In this document: positions 1 through 9,631 of the stretch, in pieces
How the letters are laid out: each line of letters opens with the position of its first letter
Position numbering within the stretch: the first letter of the stretch is position 1
NCBI GenBank assembly: GCA_002726275.1
Contig: PBSO01000017.1
Coordinates: forward strand, 7,583 to 55,966
Origin: Methanobacteriota archaeon
Lineage (GTDB): Archaea; Thermoplasmatota; Poseidoniia; Poseidoniales; Thalassarchaeaceae
DNA length: 48,384 nucleotides
Reading direction: 5' to 3'
Program-made: the position numbers and the translations under genes
Notes under the pieces: generated by a model
What the model saw: the letters and a program-made list of their open reading frames with translations, nothing else
Told to the model about the DNA's origin: nothing
Databases searched by the model: none

Positions 1-1440
1 CCAGAGTTGGTAATCAACATCGGTGCTGGAATATCGTGGGTCGTAGAATTGGATGATGAAGGAGGATTTAGGATGCTCCTTCCCGGCGGAATGGCCGAGA
101 CATCCAGTGAGTTCGAAGTCAACCAGATGGGTCGAAACATGACCTACTCGGGAGGTAGGACAGTTAGCATGCAAGCTGGCCAAGAGACGCCACCTACGAT
201 TATATCTCACACCAGAGTCACAAACCACGAGGTCAATCTGCATGTTATCTCAAGCAGCGGTGGCGATCCGTCCCATGATGGCGGCATCGAGGATCTAATG
301 GCCATGGCAGGACCAAACTCCACTTTCCAACCACTGGAGTTCGTTTTCGGAGTGGATTACTTGGGACACGAACCATTCGACACGTTCTCCGCTCAAGCGC
401 TAGTCCCCGGTACTGACGGGGGAGACTGGCTGGTAGAGTTCCACAATGGCTCGGGAGAATGGAACACAACTGTGAGCTTCGATGTGGGCCTGGAGAACAC
501 CCTGAACTTCACCGATCTCCACGTGAGAATTTCCCCTGCTAACCAATCTGTCGCGCACTCCCTTGCCGGAGGCCACTCAGTAAATATCGACGTCTTCACG
601 ACGGATGGGTACTATGCCGAGGAAAGTGTGGTGGTGAGGATACCGCAGATTCATGGATTCTCACTGGAGCCGATGGATGACGTCTACGGAATATCATCCG
701 GCGACACGGTTCAGATAGGCATCGACATCACCAATACGGGTAATGGGGACGAGAAATTCGAGTTCTCCTTCGATGATTCGGAACTCCCAGACGGATGGGA
801 GAGGACCGGGGCGACCAGCCATACCCTGGGGGCCTTTGTCTCAACAACCCATTCAATCTCTGTCATAACCCCTGAGAACGCAACGGGTGGCCCATACACG
901 ATTTATGTCTCTGTAACCGACAAAGTTGGGGGAACATATCCAGATATAGAAATCAACGTGGAAGTATCTAACCCGGTCATCAGCATAACTGGACATCAGT
1001 CATACACCGGCGGAGATCCCGTGGCATTCACCACTAATGGATGGGCAGTAACAGTATACAATGACGGATTGGTAGACGCCCCCGGAGTTACTCTGAACGC
1101 AACAATTTGCGGAGACAGTACTTGCAGTAATGAGATTGCTTTCGACACGGACATCAGGGACGTACCTTCGATGTCAGAAGTCATTTTCGACATATCCCTT
1201 GACCTTACGGACTATGGGCCAGACTCCTACTACCTCCGGTTTGTGATTGTGGAGGAAAGCGTAACTGGGGAGGTGTTGCCATATCTGGACGAACAAGGCG
1301 GCGTTTCCAATGTCGATGTGCGTTCTCCCCCTGTCGAAGGGACCACTGACTGGATTGGGTGGATACTGGGTGCACTGATTGTTTTGGCAATTGGAATGCT
1401 AACCAAGCCCCGCTCAAGAAGGCCCAATGCACCCTTCTGA
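1..1440 (+). CDS. C-terminal part of a large membrane-anchored cell-surface protein with Ig-like (CARDB/NEW3-type) domains; probably 5'-truncated by the window edge
   Basis: Frame open from base 1. Acidic beta-rich modules with ITNTGNGDE, LPDGW and VYNDG motifs. C-terminal hydrophobic helix WIGWILGALIVLAIGML followed by a basic tail KPRSRR. Confidence 0.75.
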   Translation, partial: PELVINIGAGISWVVELDDEGGFRMLLPGGMAETSSEFEVNQMGRNMTYSGGRTVSMQAGQETPPTIISHTRVTNHEVNLHVISSSGGDPSHDGGIEDLMAMAGPNSTFQPLEFVFGVDYLGHEPFDTFSAQALVPGTDGGDWLVEFHNGSGEWNTTVSFDVGLENTLNFTDLHVRISPANQSVAHSLAGGHSVNIDVFTTDGYYAEESVVVRIPQIHGFSLEPMDDVYGISSGDTVQIGIDITNTGNGDEKFEFSFDDSELPDGWERTGATSHTLGAFVSTTHSISVITPENATGGPYTIYVSVTDKVGGTYPDIEINVEVSNPVISITGHQSYTGGDPVAFTTNGWAVTVYNDGLVDAPGVTLNATICGDSTCSNEIAFDTDIRDVPSMSEVIFDISLDLTDYGPDSYYLRFVIVEESVTGEVLPYLDEQGGVSNVDVRSPPVEGTTDWIGWILGALIVLAIGMLTKPRSRRPNAPF

Positions 1441-1446
1441 CACATT

Positions 1447-1456
1447 GATATTTATG
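1447..1456 (+). promoter_or_regulatory. Putative archaeal TATA box for a leaderless transcript of the subtilase gene
   Basis: GATATTTATG lies about 25 nt upstream of ATG 1479, the spacing expected for a leaderless archaeal mRNA. Confidence 0.4.
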
Positions 1457-1478
1457 CCCGTTGAGATGGCGATTGCTC

Positions 1479-2714
1479 ATGCCCCCCATCGAGCATCTCG
1501 AGCTGATGCCCGAACCCGATGATCCAAGGCTCCTGACAACAGTCGACCCCTCGGCTCCCGGTTACCCCGGCGAGGCATACGGCCTGACGGACGAGGAGGC
1601 CCGTCAACTAAGGTGGCCATTAGGCCCAATCAAGGAAGCACTATGGCCATGGGGCGCAGTATTTTTCTCCATAGGGACCCTTCTATTACTGGTCTCTTGG
1701 CCATTTATTGATGCGTACCTGACCCCTGTTCTGCCAGACTCTGAATGGGCATACGAAGACACGGGAATACGTCGCCTACAGAGTACCGGGCTCTCTGGAG
1801 AGGGAGTGGATGTTTGCATTGTGGATACCGGGGCAGACATCTCCCACCGGGACTTAGAGGGGGTTTCTCTGGCTGGATTCAGAGATTTCTATGAGGAAAA
1901 CAATGAGGAAGTTAGGGATGTCGGCGATGAGTACCATGGGACTATGATGACTGGTTTGTTGGTAGCTAATGGAACCTTTACGGGAGCAGCTCCCGGAGTT
2001 TCCCTATCCATAGCTCTTGCATTGGGCCCGGAAGGCTCCTCAGGACAACAAGACAGAGTCGCACTGGCCATCAGGTGGTGTAGAATAACACAAGAAGTCG
2101 ATATCATCAGCCTAAGCCTAGGTGCTAATCCTGGTGACGGGATGGGCACTGACTCGGAAACCGTTGCTGCAGTCAACGAAGCCCTTCAGGCAGGGATTTT
2201 CGTGGTAGCTGCAGCAGGCAACACCGGTTTGGAAGGATCGATATCGGACGTCTCTGTCCCCGCGAACATCCCGGGTGTGATCGCTGTAGGGGCAGTTTTC
2301 AGGAGTGGGGTGTCATGGCCAGATAGTGCTTCAGGCTCTGCTACCGATCCATATGGGGGTGACAACAGAACATTCCCCGACCAGAAGCCCGAGATATCTG
2401 CTCCCGGAGTAAATATCTTCTCAACAGCTACAACAGACTTGACGCCACCATATGCATATTCATCTGGCACAAGCGACTCAACCGTTTTCGTAACAGGGGC
2501 ATTGTCTCTGATTCTAGAGCTCTATGGGGAAGACTTGGCCGGGGGAGATGGAATCATCAGTCAGGAAGATATGGTTCTGGTGAAAAGAGCACTAGCGAAC
2601 TCTGCTGCGTCTGGAGAGGGTGACGGAGCAGGCCATGACAATAGGTTGGGGTATGGTAAATTAGATGCCTTCGAATGGGCCTCACAAGTAGCTTTTGAGC
2701 TCAATTTGAACTAG
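1479..2714 (+). CDS. S8 family (subtilisin-like) serine peptidase with an N-terminal membrane anchor
   Basis: Catalytic motifs in order: IVDTG (Asp), HGTMMTG (His), AAAGN (oxyanion Asn), SGTSDS (Ser). Also KPEISAPG and C-terminal GYGKLD. Hydrophobic helix near residues 58-77. ATG 1479 preferred over TTG 1461. Confidence 0.9.
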   Translation: MPPIEHLELMPEPDDPRLLTTVDPSAPGYPGEAYGLTDEEARQLRWPLGPIKEALWPWGAVFFSIGTLLLLVSWPFIDAYLTPVLPDSEWAYEDTGIRRLQSTGLSGEGVDVCIVDTGADISHRDLEGVSLAGFRDFYEENNEEVRDVGDEYHGTMMTGLLVANGTFTGAAPGVSLSIALALGPEGSSGQQDRVALAIRWCRITQEVDIISLSLGANPGDGMGTDSETVAAVNEALQAGIFVVAAAGNTGLEGSISDVSVPANIPGVIAVGAVFRSGVSWPDSASGSATDPYGGDNRTFPDQKPEISAPGVNIFSTATTDLTPPYAYSSGTSDSTVFVTGALSLILELYGEDLAGGDGIISQEDMVLVKRALANSAASGEGDGAGHDNRLGYGKLDAFEWASQVAFELNLN

Positions 2715-2770
2715 AATTGAACAATAAACTGGAATTTCCACCATCTCCCAAACCACTCATTTCGACCCTA

Positions 2771-2780
2771 GGGTTAAATC
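2771..2780 (+). promoter_or_regulatory. Putative TATA box for the 1413-aa surface protein gene
   Basis: GGGTTAAATC about 25 nt upstream of ATG 2802; no SD motif evident. Confidence 0.4.
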
Positions 2781-2801
2781 CGCTCCCGACACCCCGCATA
2801 C

Positions 2802-5800
2802 ATGGCCCGCGTAGAGAGAACACGAAGCTCACTATTGGTATTCTTGATGCTAACTAGCGTATTCGTTTCCCTAGTCGGCCCAGCGACCCCCGTAGTTGCA
2901 GCAAACGACACCACATCCGGGACCATCTCTGGGACGGAGGTTTGGCAAGGAAACCACGCACTGACCGGGGACGTCGTGATTTCATCAGGTGCTAAATTAA
3001 TAATTCAACCAGGCACGACAGTCACATTCCCAAATGGCACTCACTTGGATGCTAGGGGGAGCATCTGCATCGGCGCATCTTCCTGTGGGGCCAGCGGGAA
3101 TGCAAATACCGCACAGAAGATAACCTTCAGATGGACAGAGCCTGCCATCTCCAACGCAACAGGCGAATGCTATGGGATGTCGAATGGCAATGAGGAGATT
3201 TTCATCGAGGACCCATCCTGCTTCGAGGGAGTCCTCATCAGGGACTCAATCGATCTCTCGCAAACCGCAATTAGATTCCTGACAATTGACGGTGCATGGG
3301 GCATCCCTTACTACATCGACACACTCAACGAGTTCAGATATGGGGCACTGGTACTGGACGGGGCGAGCCCCGTACTTAGGGAGATGGAGTTCACTGACGT
3401 GAACACAAGCAGCGTCCTGACTACCAATCTCGCACAACCCAGATTCATTGGTGGAGAGTATGTTGTAGGCAATGATGATGAAAGTGGAGTTGACGGTTCA
3501 GCAGTCCAGATTTACAGCTCAGGGACGCCCATAACTCCACTAATTATGGAAAATCCATCTCTCATTGGGACGGATAGGGGATGCGGTCAGAGAGACGGAG
3601 GGAGGCCGACTGTTTGGGTCCAAGACGCATTCATCGAGATTGACGAAGCAGACATCTCTGTTGGGGACTACGGGATTTCCCTCAGGTATTCTTCAGGTTC
3701 AGTGACCAACTCATCAATATCCGTGAACTGCAACGGGGTCGATCTATACAGCCTCAAGAGTGTTGGGACAACTGAATATTACAACACGGTAGCCGGAAAC
3801 GAGATAACTACGGGAGAGGGAACTCCTATCACTGTTTATGGTGGCTCGCACGCCGACATCTTCGATAACGAACTATCCGGTGCCTCTGAGGGATCCGGAA
3901 TTGGAGTCTACTCTAGTTACGCGAATATCCACGACAACGACATCGGCCCAATAGGCGGGTGGAACGGATTGTGGATGCTGGGCTCATTCGACGTCATTGC
4001 CGAGAACAACTCAATTCATGACGTCGCCAAGGAAGTCGTCCTAGCCGGCGAGTATGGAAGTCAAGCACCTGCCCCTTCTGCCGCTAGGGCATTCCTCGCA
4101 AACAACACACTTTCCACCGATGGAACAGGGACTTGTTCCAGCATGATGCACTTCGATGGGGGATTCACCTGTCCCGCAGTCATGGCATTCAGGTCCGGCC
4201 TGACAATGTATGACAACGAGATCAATGCTGCAGGAGATGCCGATGGAATTAGGGCTATCGGGGCTCTTCTTGACATCAGGAGGAACACCTGGAACGTTCC
4301 TTCCACAGGTGCCGTGATTAAGCACTACGACAATGGATACGCTGGGAATCAGCAATATGGCACCTTGGGCTTCTTCTCTGAGAACTCCTGGAATGGTGTT
4401 GACATGACCTACAACATCACCAAGAGCGCCGTTACCGTTCAATCCGAGACAATCCCGAGCGCTGCCGCTGGTGGCACCCCCGTCAAACTCTCGTGGCCAG
4501 ATCAAGAAGCATGGCCGGCCAACCAATTCCAGAATGGAATAGTCCCAACGGAGGTCCAGGAGTGCATGCTCTGTGACAATCTTACGCCGAGAAACTTCCC
4601 ACTAGCAGTAGGCATGGACAACAACTCAACTGTCTTCACATTTGCAGCTCTGGCAAATCTCGACCTCTCATCTGTATTCATAGAGACCCAGCCAACTCCC
4701 TACGCAGTGCAAGTCCGCAGAGCGGAACTTGTCAGATACCAAGTTCTAGTCGAGGGGGAAAGAGTGGCAGGTGCGAGCGTCCTGGTCGAGGATGCCCACG
4801 GAAACGACCTCTATGACATAGAGACCCTGGATGATGGGTACACTCCGTGGTTCTCTCTGCCTTCAGACTTCCACCTCGATTTCAGAGGCCTTGGAGGCGG
4901 AGATAATCCAGATGGATACGCAGACGACGAATACGAGGACTCGTGCACCGATGGGATAGATAACGACGGCGATCTCTTAGCCGATACTGACGATCCAGAC
5001 TGCGACTATGCAGCTGGAACACGTGAACTATCTCTCTACAGATATACGGCATACAAGTTCGGATTTGGCTTGGACAACGGTGAGTTCACCCTAGAGGACT
5101 CGTCATACCAAGGAACTGCCGACTTGCTGAATCTAGCCCCTTCTGTCACAATATCGCAGAATGAAGGCCATTCATTCAGGAAGGTAGTGAATATCACAGG
5201 GACCGCTCATGACGGAATCCTTGCCGCATTCTACCAAACGGACGAACTTGCTCAGTGGGACCAGAAAGGGTATGTGCATTCCGTGGAAGTCAAGGACCCA
5301 TTCACAGGTGATTGGGACAACGCACTGCTAGCAACTGACTCTTCAGGGGCCGGAACTGGGGAAGTAACCAGAAACAACCATCCTTTCAAGACTTGGTTCT
5401 ATGAGCTGGACATGACAAGTATGGCCGAGGGGGATTACACATTCGAGTTCAGATCATTCGATGGAATAACCCATAGTCCAATTGTTGGAATCACGATAAA
5501 ACTCAACACACAGGCACCGACCATATCTGTCACCTCTCCAAGCTCGATGTCAACTCATTCCGATGACAGTGTGACCTTCGAGGGGACAGCATACGATTTC
5601 TATGGCTGCCCCGAGCAGTGCAGTATGGATGTAGAGGACATATTTTTCCAGATTGTCGGACCAAATTTCCAAGTCATAACCCCTGTCAATGGTGGGCCTG
5701 AATGGTCCTGGACGTGGGATTTCAGCGGCCAACCAAGGGAGAATGCCCAGTACACCTTCACAATTTGGGCGTCGGACTCCGACTTCTGTGTTGGGATAAT

Positions 5801-7043
5801 TGACGAATGCGAAGCAACGGTTCTGACACTGAATATAGACAATTCAAACACTGCCCCCTTCCTTAGCGTGACTTCTCCAACCAATGGAGACCGTCTTGCG
5901 GTCTCCGAAAGCTCGGTGTTCGAGGGAGTTGCCCGCGACTCCGATGGATCAGTCACCAGAGTCGATGTGGAGGTTCTAGACATAGCGAACGGATACATCA
6001 ACGTGCATTCTGAGACAATCACAGACTTCGCTGCAAATGGCGCTTTCAGTGAGGAATGGAACTCAATGTCACTGAGGCATAATTCCGAGTACCAAATTAG
6101 AATGAGATCATACGATGGATTCGACTATAGCGATTGGGTTGAACTCCAGATAATCGCCGATAATCCTCCAGATGCAGGAAATAATCAGCCTGTATTCGAT
6201 TCAAGTGGGTGGATGGGTGAGATCACACTCTATTGCGAATTAGACTCTCAATCACAGGACAGGTGCACTTTGGCAGAGATAGACCTAATGCAGTACTTCA
6301 GTGACGCCGATCAGAATCAAGAACTAATGCTCTCAGTTTATGACAACGAGGACATGTCTAGCGATGACGAGTATGGGGTCGTATTCAGTATTGGAACTAA
6401 TGGAATAGCGACATACAATCCAATAACCATGTCATTTTATGATCCAGAGATTTCTGGATGGTCCTTGGATGAAGTGATATTCGTCGCCACCGATCCTTTC
6501 GGCTCCAAGGCCAATTCACTCCCTGTCTCAATCATTGTAATGGGCCTCGATTTCATGGTTAATGAGCCAGAGGAAAGTAGAATCGCAGAGGACGAAATTG
6601 CAATATTCTCTGGAACCGGACTCCCGGGAAAAACCGTCACTGCCACCATTGGCGGAAATCCTGTCAACAATACAGTTGTCTCTGAAGATTCCACATGGGA
6701 AATTGGAATACCCGGATCAAGGATATCCGGTTCCGCAACTCCGCAATTCAAGTATGGCGGAGAGACTCATGAACCAGGTTTCAAAATCACCGTCAGTGAC
6801 GACGAAGGTACTGGACTTACAACAATACTGGCAATTGTAGCCGTTGTACTGCTGGGCGCAATTGCCGCCTTCGCATACTTCTTCGTTGAAATAGAGGAAG
6901 ATGAAGCAGAAGAATCGACCCAAGAAGTCGAAATAGAGGCTGCTGCCGATGATTCCGATAGATTCCAGAGGCACGCCGAACAGCCCGGATGGCTATGGGA
7001 CACAGTCAATGAAGAATGGGTGCCTGACGACTCTCAGGCATGA
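2802..7043 (+). CDS. Large membrane-anchored surface protein: right-handed parallel beta-helix region, Asp-rich metal-binding motif, tandem Ig-like domains, C-terminal TM helix
   Basis: Signal peptide. Beta-helix repeats (IFDNELSG, IHDNDIG, AENNSIH, MYDNEIN). Motif CTDGIDNDGDLLADTDDPDC. Ig-like modules (APTISVTSP, APFLSVTSPTNG, GTAYD, GVARDSDG). TM helix ILAIVAVVLLGAIAAFAYFFV, then an acidic tail. Confidence 0.75.
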   Translation: MARVERTRSSLLVFLMLTSVFVSLVGPATPVVAANDTTSGTISGTEVWQGNHALTGDVVISSGAKLIIQPGTTVTFPNGTHLDARGSICIGASSCGASGNANTAQKITFRWTEPAISNATGECYGMSNGNEEIFIEDPSCFEGVLIRDSIDLSQTAIRFLTIDGAWGIPYYIDTLNEFRYGALVLDGASPVLREMEFTDVNTSSVLTTNLAQPRFIGGEYVVGNDDESGVDGSAVQIYSSGTPITPLIMENPSLIGTDRGCGQRDGGRPTVWVQDAFIEIDEADISVGDYGISLRYSSGSVTNSSISVNCNGVDLYSLKSVGTTEYYNTVAGNEITTGEGTPITVYGGSHADIFDNELSGASEGSGIGVYSSYANIHDNDIGPIGGWNGLWMLGSFDVIAENNSIHDVAKEVVLAGEYGSQAPAPSAARAFLANNTLSTDGTGTCSSMMHFDGGFTCPAVMAFRSGLTMYDNEINAAGDADGIRAIGALLDIRRNTWNVPSTGAVIKHYDNGYAGNQQYGTLGFFSENSWNGVDMTYNITKSAVTVQSETIPSAAAGGTPVKLSWPDQEAWPANQFQNGIVPTEVQECMLCDNLTPRNFPLAVGMDNNSTVFTFAALANLDLSSVFIETQPTPYAVQVRRAELVRYQVLVEGERVAGASVLVEDAHGNDLYDIETLDDGYTPWFSLPSDFHLDFRGLGGGDNPDGYADDEYEDSCTDGIDNDGDLLADTDDPDCDYAAGTRELSLYRYTAYKFGFGLDNGEFTLEDSSYQGTADLLNLAPSVTISQNEGHSFRKVVNITGTAHDGILAAFYQTDELAQWDQKGYVHSVEVKDPFTGDWDNALLATDSSGAGTGEVTRNNHPFKTWFYELDMTSMAEGDYTFEFRSFDGITHSPIVGITIKLNTQAPTISVTSPSSMSTHSDDSVTFEGTAYDFYGCPEQCSMDVEDIFFQIVGPNFQVITPVNGGPEWSWTWDFSGQPRENAQYTFTIWASDSDFCVGIIDECEATVLTLNIDNSNTAPFLSVTSPTNGDRLAVSESSVFEGVARDSDGSVTRVDVEVLDIANGYINVHSETITDFAANGAFSEEWNSMSLRHNSEYQIRMRSYDGFDYSDWVELQIIADNPPDAGNNQPVFDSSGWMGEITLYCELDSQSQDRCTLAEIDLMQYFSDADQNQELMLSVYDNEDMSSDDEYGVVFSIGTNGIATYNPITMSFYDPEISGWSLDEVIFVATDPFGSKANSLPVSIIVMGLDFMVNEPEESRIAEDEIAIFSGTGLPGKTVTATIGGNPVNNTVVSEDSTWEIGIPGSRISGSATPQFKYGGETHEPGFKITVSDDEGTGLTTILAIVAVVLLGAIAAFAYFFVEIEEDEAEESTQEVEIEAAADDSDRFQRHAEQPGWLWDTVNEEWVPDDSQA

Positions 7044-7102
7044 ATCACATGTCGGTCGTTAATCACGAACATTCTTGAATGAAAGTTATCGCTAGTCGCA
7101 TT

Positions 7103-9631
7103 ATGACTTCCGTGCCTGCCTCCAAGCCAGGTGTTCAGGAGCGCATCCTCCTACACCTGAGGGACTACGTCGATCACGCGGACAAGGTCGAGGTCCCATT
7201 CGCTCTTTCGCAAATGGGCATAGCAAATGCCGTGTCCATAGCCAGGTCCAACGTGCCCAGGGCAATTTCAGGACTTAGGGATCAGGGCTACCTGATAGAG
7301 AGGCAAGCACACGTAACTGGGGTGTCCAGAAAAAGAAAGGCATACTTTCTGACAGAAGACGGCGCGAAATTAGCTGATGACATTTGGTCCAAGGTGGGAA
7401 TGCAGATGGTTAGAGTAGTGGGACACGATGGCAGGTCATCTACAATGGAATTGCAGAAAGCCCTTGAGGCAACCGAACTCCCCCTTAGGCACGTCGACGT
7501 AATCAGATATCTGGATGACTCTGGAACAATTGATTTCTCTGCACTATCATCCGATCTGATTGAAAGGGATCTATCTAAGCACATAGAGAAACAACTAGTC
7601 ACGTCTCTTGGGGATTTGCCCAGGGCAAGAAAGTTCTACGGGAGGGAGAAGGAGATTGAGAACATGGTGGATCTACTCGAACACCAGTCAGGGTCAATAT
7701 TAGTCCCCGGGATAGCGGGAATAGGCAAAACCGCACTGTCGGCTAAGCTGATAGAGAGATTCACTCACAGGAGAAATCTCCTCTACCACAGGTGTCAGGA
7801 TTGGGATGGAGCAAGGGCCTTTCTCGAGGCAATGGGGGAGTGGATGTCCGCAATGGGTAGCGATGATCTCTCGGACTATCTAGCATCTACTCCTGTGCCA
7901 CAGCCACAGATGGCAGTCAACCTCATCGCCGATGGACTAGAGGGGGCGCCTTCTCTCATTGTGATTGATGACTTGCATAAAGTTGGTGACGAGACACTTA
8001 TTTCGGTACTCAGGTCCTTATCAACGAAGATCCCAGAGATGGGTGAAGTGGGTCTGGTAATGTTTTCCAGGTCATTCAGAATGGTGGTCCCCGAAACTGA
8101 CCCCTCTGGAAGGATTGTAACACTCGTGATGCCACTTGATGGACTCGATCAGGAAGCAAGCAGACAGATTTTGACAGCTATGAAAGACCTGGAAATGCCT
8201 CAATTCCTTCACATCCACAACCTCTCAAGGGGCCATCCTCTGGTTCTTGAACTGATAAACAGGGGGAGCGTGGGAGGAACTTTCCACGAGACTCTGGAGA
8301 CCTTCGTCGAGAAGGAGATTTTCAGCAGACTCTCAGGCTCGGAGAAGAGAGTACTAGGAGCAATCTCTGTTTTCAGGGAGCCAATGCCTCTAGAGGCAAT
8401 TTCAGGAGTGGATGCAGAAACAGACTTACTCGACGATTTAGTCGAGAAGGGCTTGGCCAGGCAGGCTGATAGTGAGAACTATGATGTTCACGACTTAGTC
8501 AGGGAATTCCTAACCAGATCAATGGATGACTCCCTTGCACAGGTGCTGCATGCAAATGCAGTAGAGTGGTACCGGACAAGACGCGACACCCCTTCACAGA
8601 GTATTGAGTACATTCACCACCTGCACATGTCAGGGGACACGGAGGGTCTTGCAGAGGCACTTTCCGACGAGGGCCACGCCTTGGTCCGCTCGGGGCACAT
8701 CGAGCTTTTGGGAATATTGAGGTCTCTGGATGTTTCAAACTTCGGACCTAGGACAAGTTTTGTCATCCACGAGCTAAGGGGGGACATACTTTCCATTCAA
8801 GGAAAATGGGAGGAAGCAGTCGACGAGTACGATGCAGCAATGCCGCTTGCGTTGAAGCACAAGATGACTGCACCACTTGCTCGCCTACTGTCATCCAGAG
8901 CAGATCTGGCAGTAAAGAGGGGTGAAATGGACGAGGCACTTTCATTGCACAGAAAGGCCCTCGAAATACAAATCTCAGTTAGGGACGCACTGGGAGCTGC
9001 TCGTTCATACAACAATATGGGTTATATTTTCAGGCGACAAAGAGACAACAAAAGGGCTCTTGAGGTGTATGGCAACGTCGAAGAACTTCTGGACGCAGAA
9101 GGTTCACCAGAACTGACAGAAGCCAGAATTAGGCTGGCTTCGGCGTTTCTTGAAATGGGCGAGATGGACAGAGCCAGAGATCATGCAATGATTGCCCACG
9201 ATGAGACTGAGGAGAATGAACAAATCAGGCTCCATGCTAGGTCGAGAGCGGTATTGGGGAGGTACTATGCAAAAATCAAGGATAATGATCTCGCAATGCA
9301 CCATTATTCAGGGGCTCTCGAGATTCTCTCAGATCAACCGGACCCACATAGCGCCGTGGAGGTGGAGATGCTGTTAGGGCAGGTTCTGAGCGATGCTGGC
9401 AGGGCCGAAGAGGCAGCGGAGCACTATCTCGACGGACTGGCCCTTGCCGAGGCCAATGACTTCAGGATGATGCAGGGGGAGATCCTCTCAAGATTAGGCG
9501 AAGTTGAGAGCAATAGGTCCCAGAGGATGGACTATCTCCAGAGATCGTTAGTAGTTTTCAGGGAGCTGGGGGCCGTTCACAGAATGAGGGACGTCCAGAA
9601 CGCAGTTCACAGAGTTGTAATGGGCCACTAG
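7103..9631 (+). CDS. Winged-HTH + STAND P-loop NTPase (NB-ARC/MalT-like) + TPR protein; probable signal-transducing transcription regulator
   Basis: N-terminal wHTH (SQMGIANAVSIARSNVPRAI ... RKAYFLTEDG). Pre-P-loop FYGREKE, Walker A GIAGIGKT, Walker B IVIDDLH, GxP motif GHPLVLEL, MHD-like YDVHDLVREF. Multiple TPRs (ARSYNNMG, ARSRAVLG). Start may be 7079. Confidence 0.85.
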   Translation: MTSVPASKPGVQERILLHLRDYVDHADKVEVPFALSQMGIANAVSIARSNVPRAISGLRDQGYLIERQAHVTGVSRKRKAYFLTEDGAKLADDIWSKVGMQMVRVVGHDGRSSTMELQKALEATELPLRHVDVIRYLDDSGTIDFSALSSDLIERDLSKHIEKQLVTSLGDLPRARKFYGREKEIENMVDLLEHQSGSILVPGIAGIGKTALSAKLIERFTHRRNLLYHRCQDWDGARAFLEAMGEWMSAMGSDDLSDYLASTPVPQPQMAVNLIADGLEGAPSLIVIDDLHKVGDETLISVLRSLSTKIPEMGEVGLVMFSRSFRMVVPETDPSGRIVTLVMPLDGLDQEASRQILTAMKDLEMPQFLHIHNLSRGHPLVLELINRGSVGGTFHETLETFVEKEIFSRLSGSEKRVLGAISVFREPMPLEAISGVDAETDLLDDLVEKGLARQADSENYDVHDLVREFLTRSMDDSLAQVLHANAVEWYRTRRDTPSQSIEYIHHLHMSGDTEGLAEALSDEGHALVRSGHIELLGILRSLDVSNFGPRTSFVIHELRGDILSIQGKWEEAVDEYDAAMPLALKHKMTAPLARLLSSRADLAVKRGEMDEALSLHRKALEIQISVRDALGAARSYNNMGYIFRRQRDNKRALEVYGNVEELLDAEGSPELTEARIRLASAFLEMGEMDRARDHAMIAHDETEENEQIRLHARSRAVLGRYYAKIKDNDLAMHHYSGALEILSDQPDPHSAVEVEMLLGQVLSDAGRAEEAAEHYLDGLALAEANDFRMMQGEILSRLGEVESNRSQRMDYLQRSLVVFRELGAVHRMRDVQNAVHRVVMGH

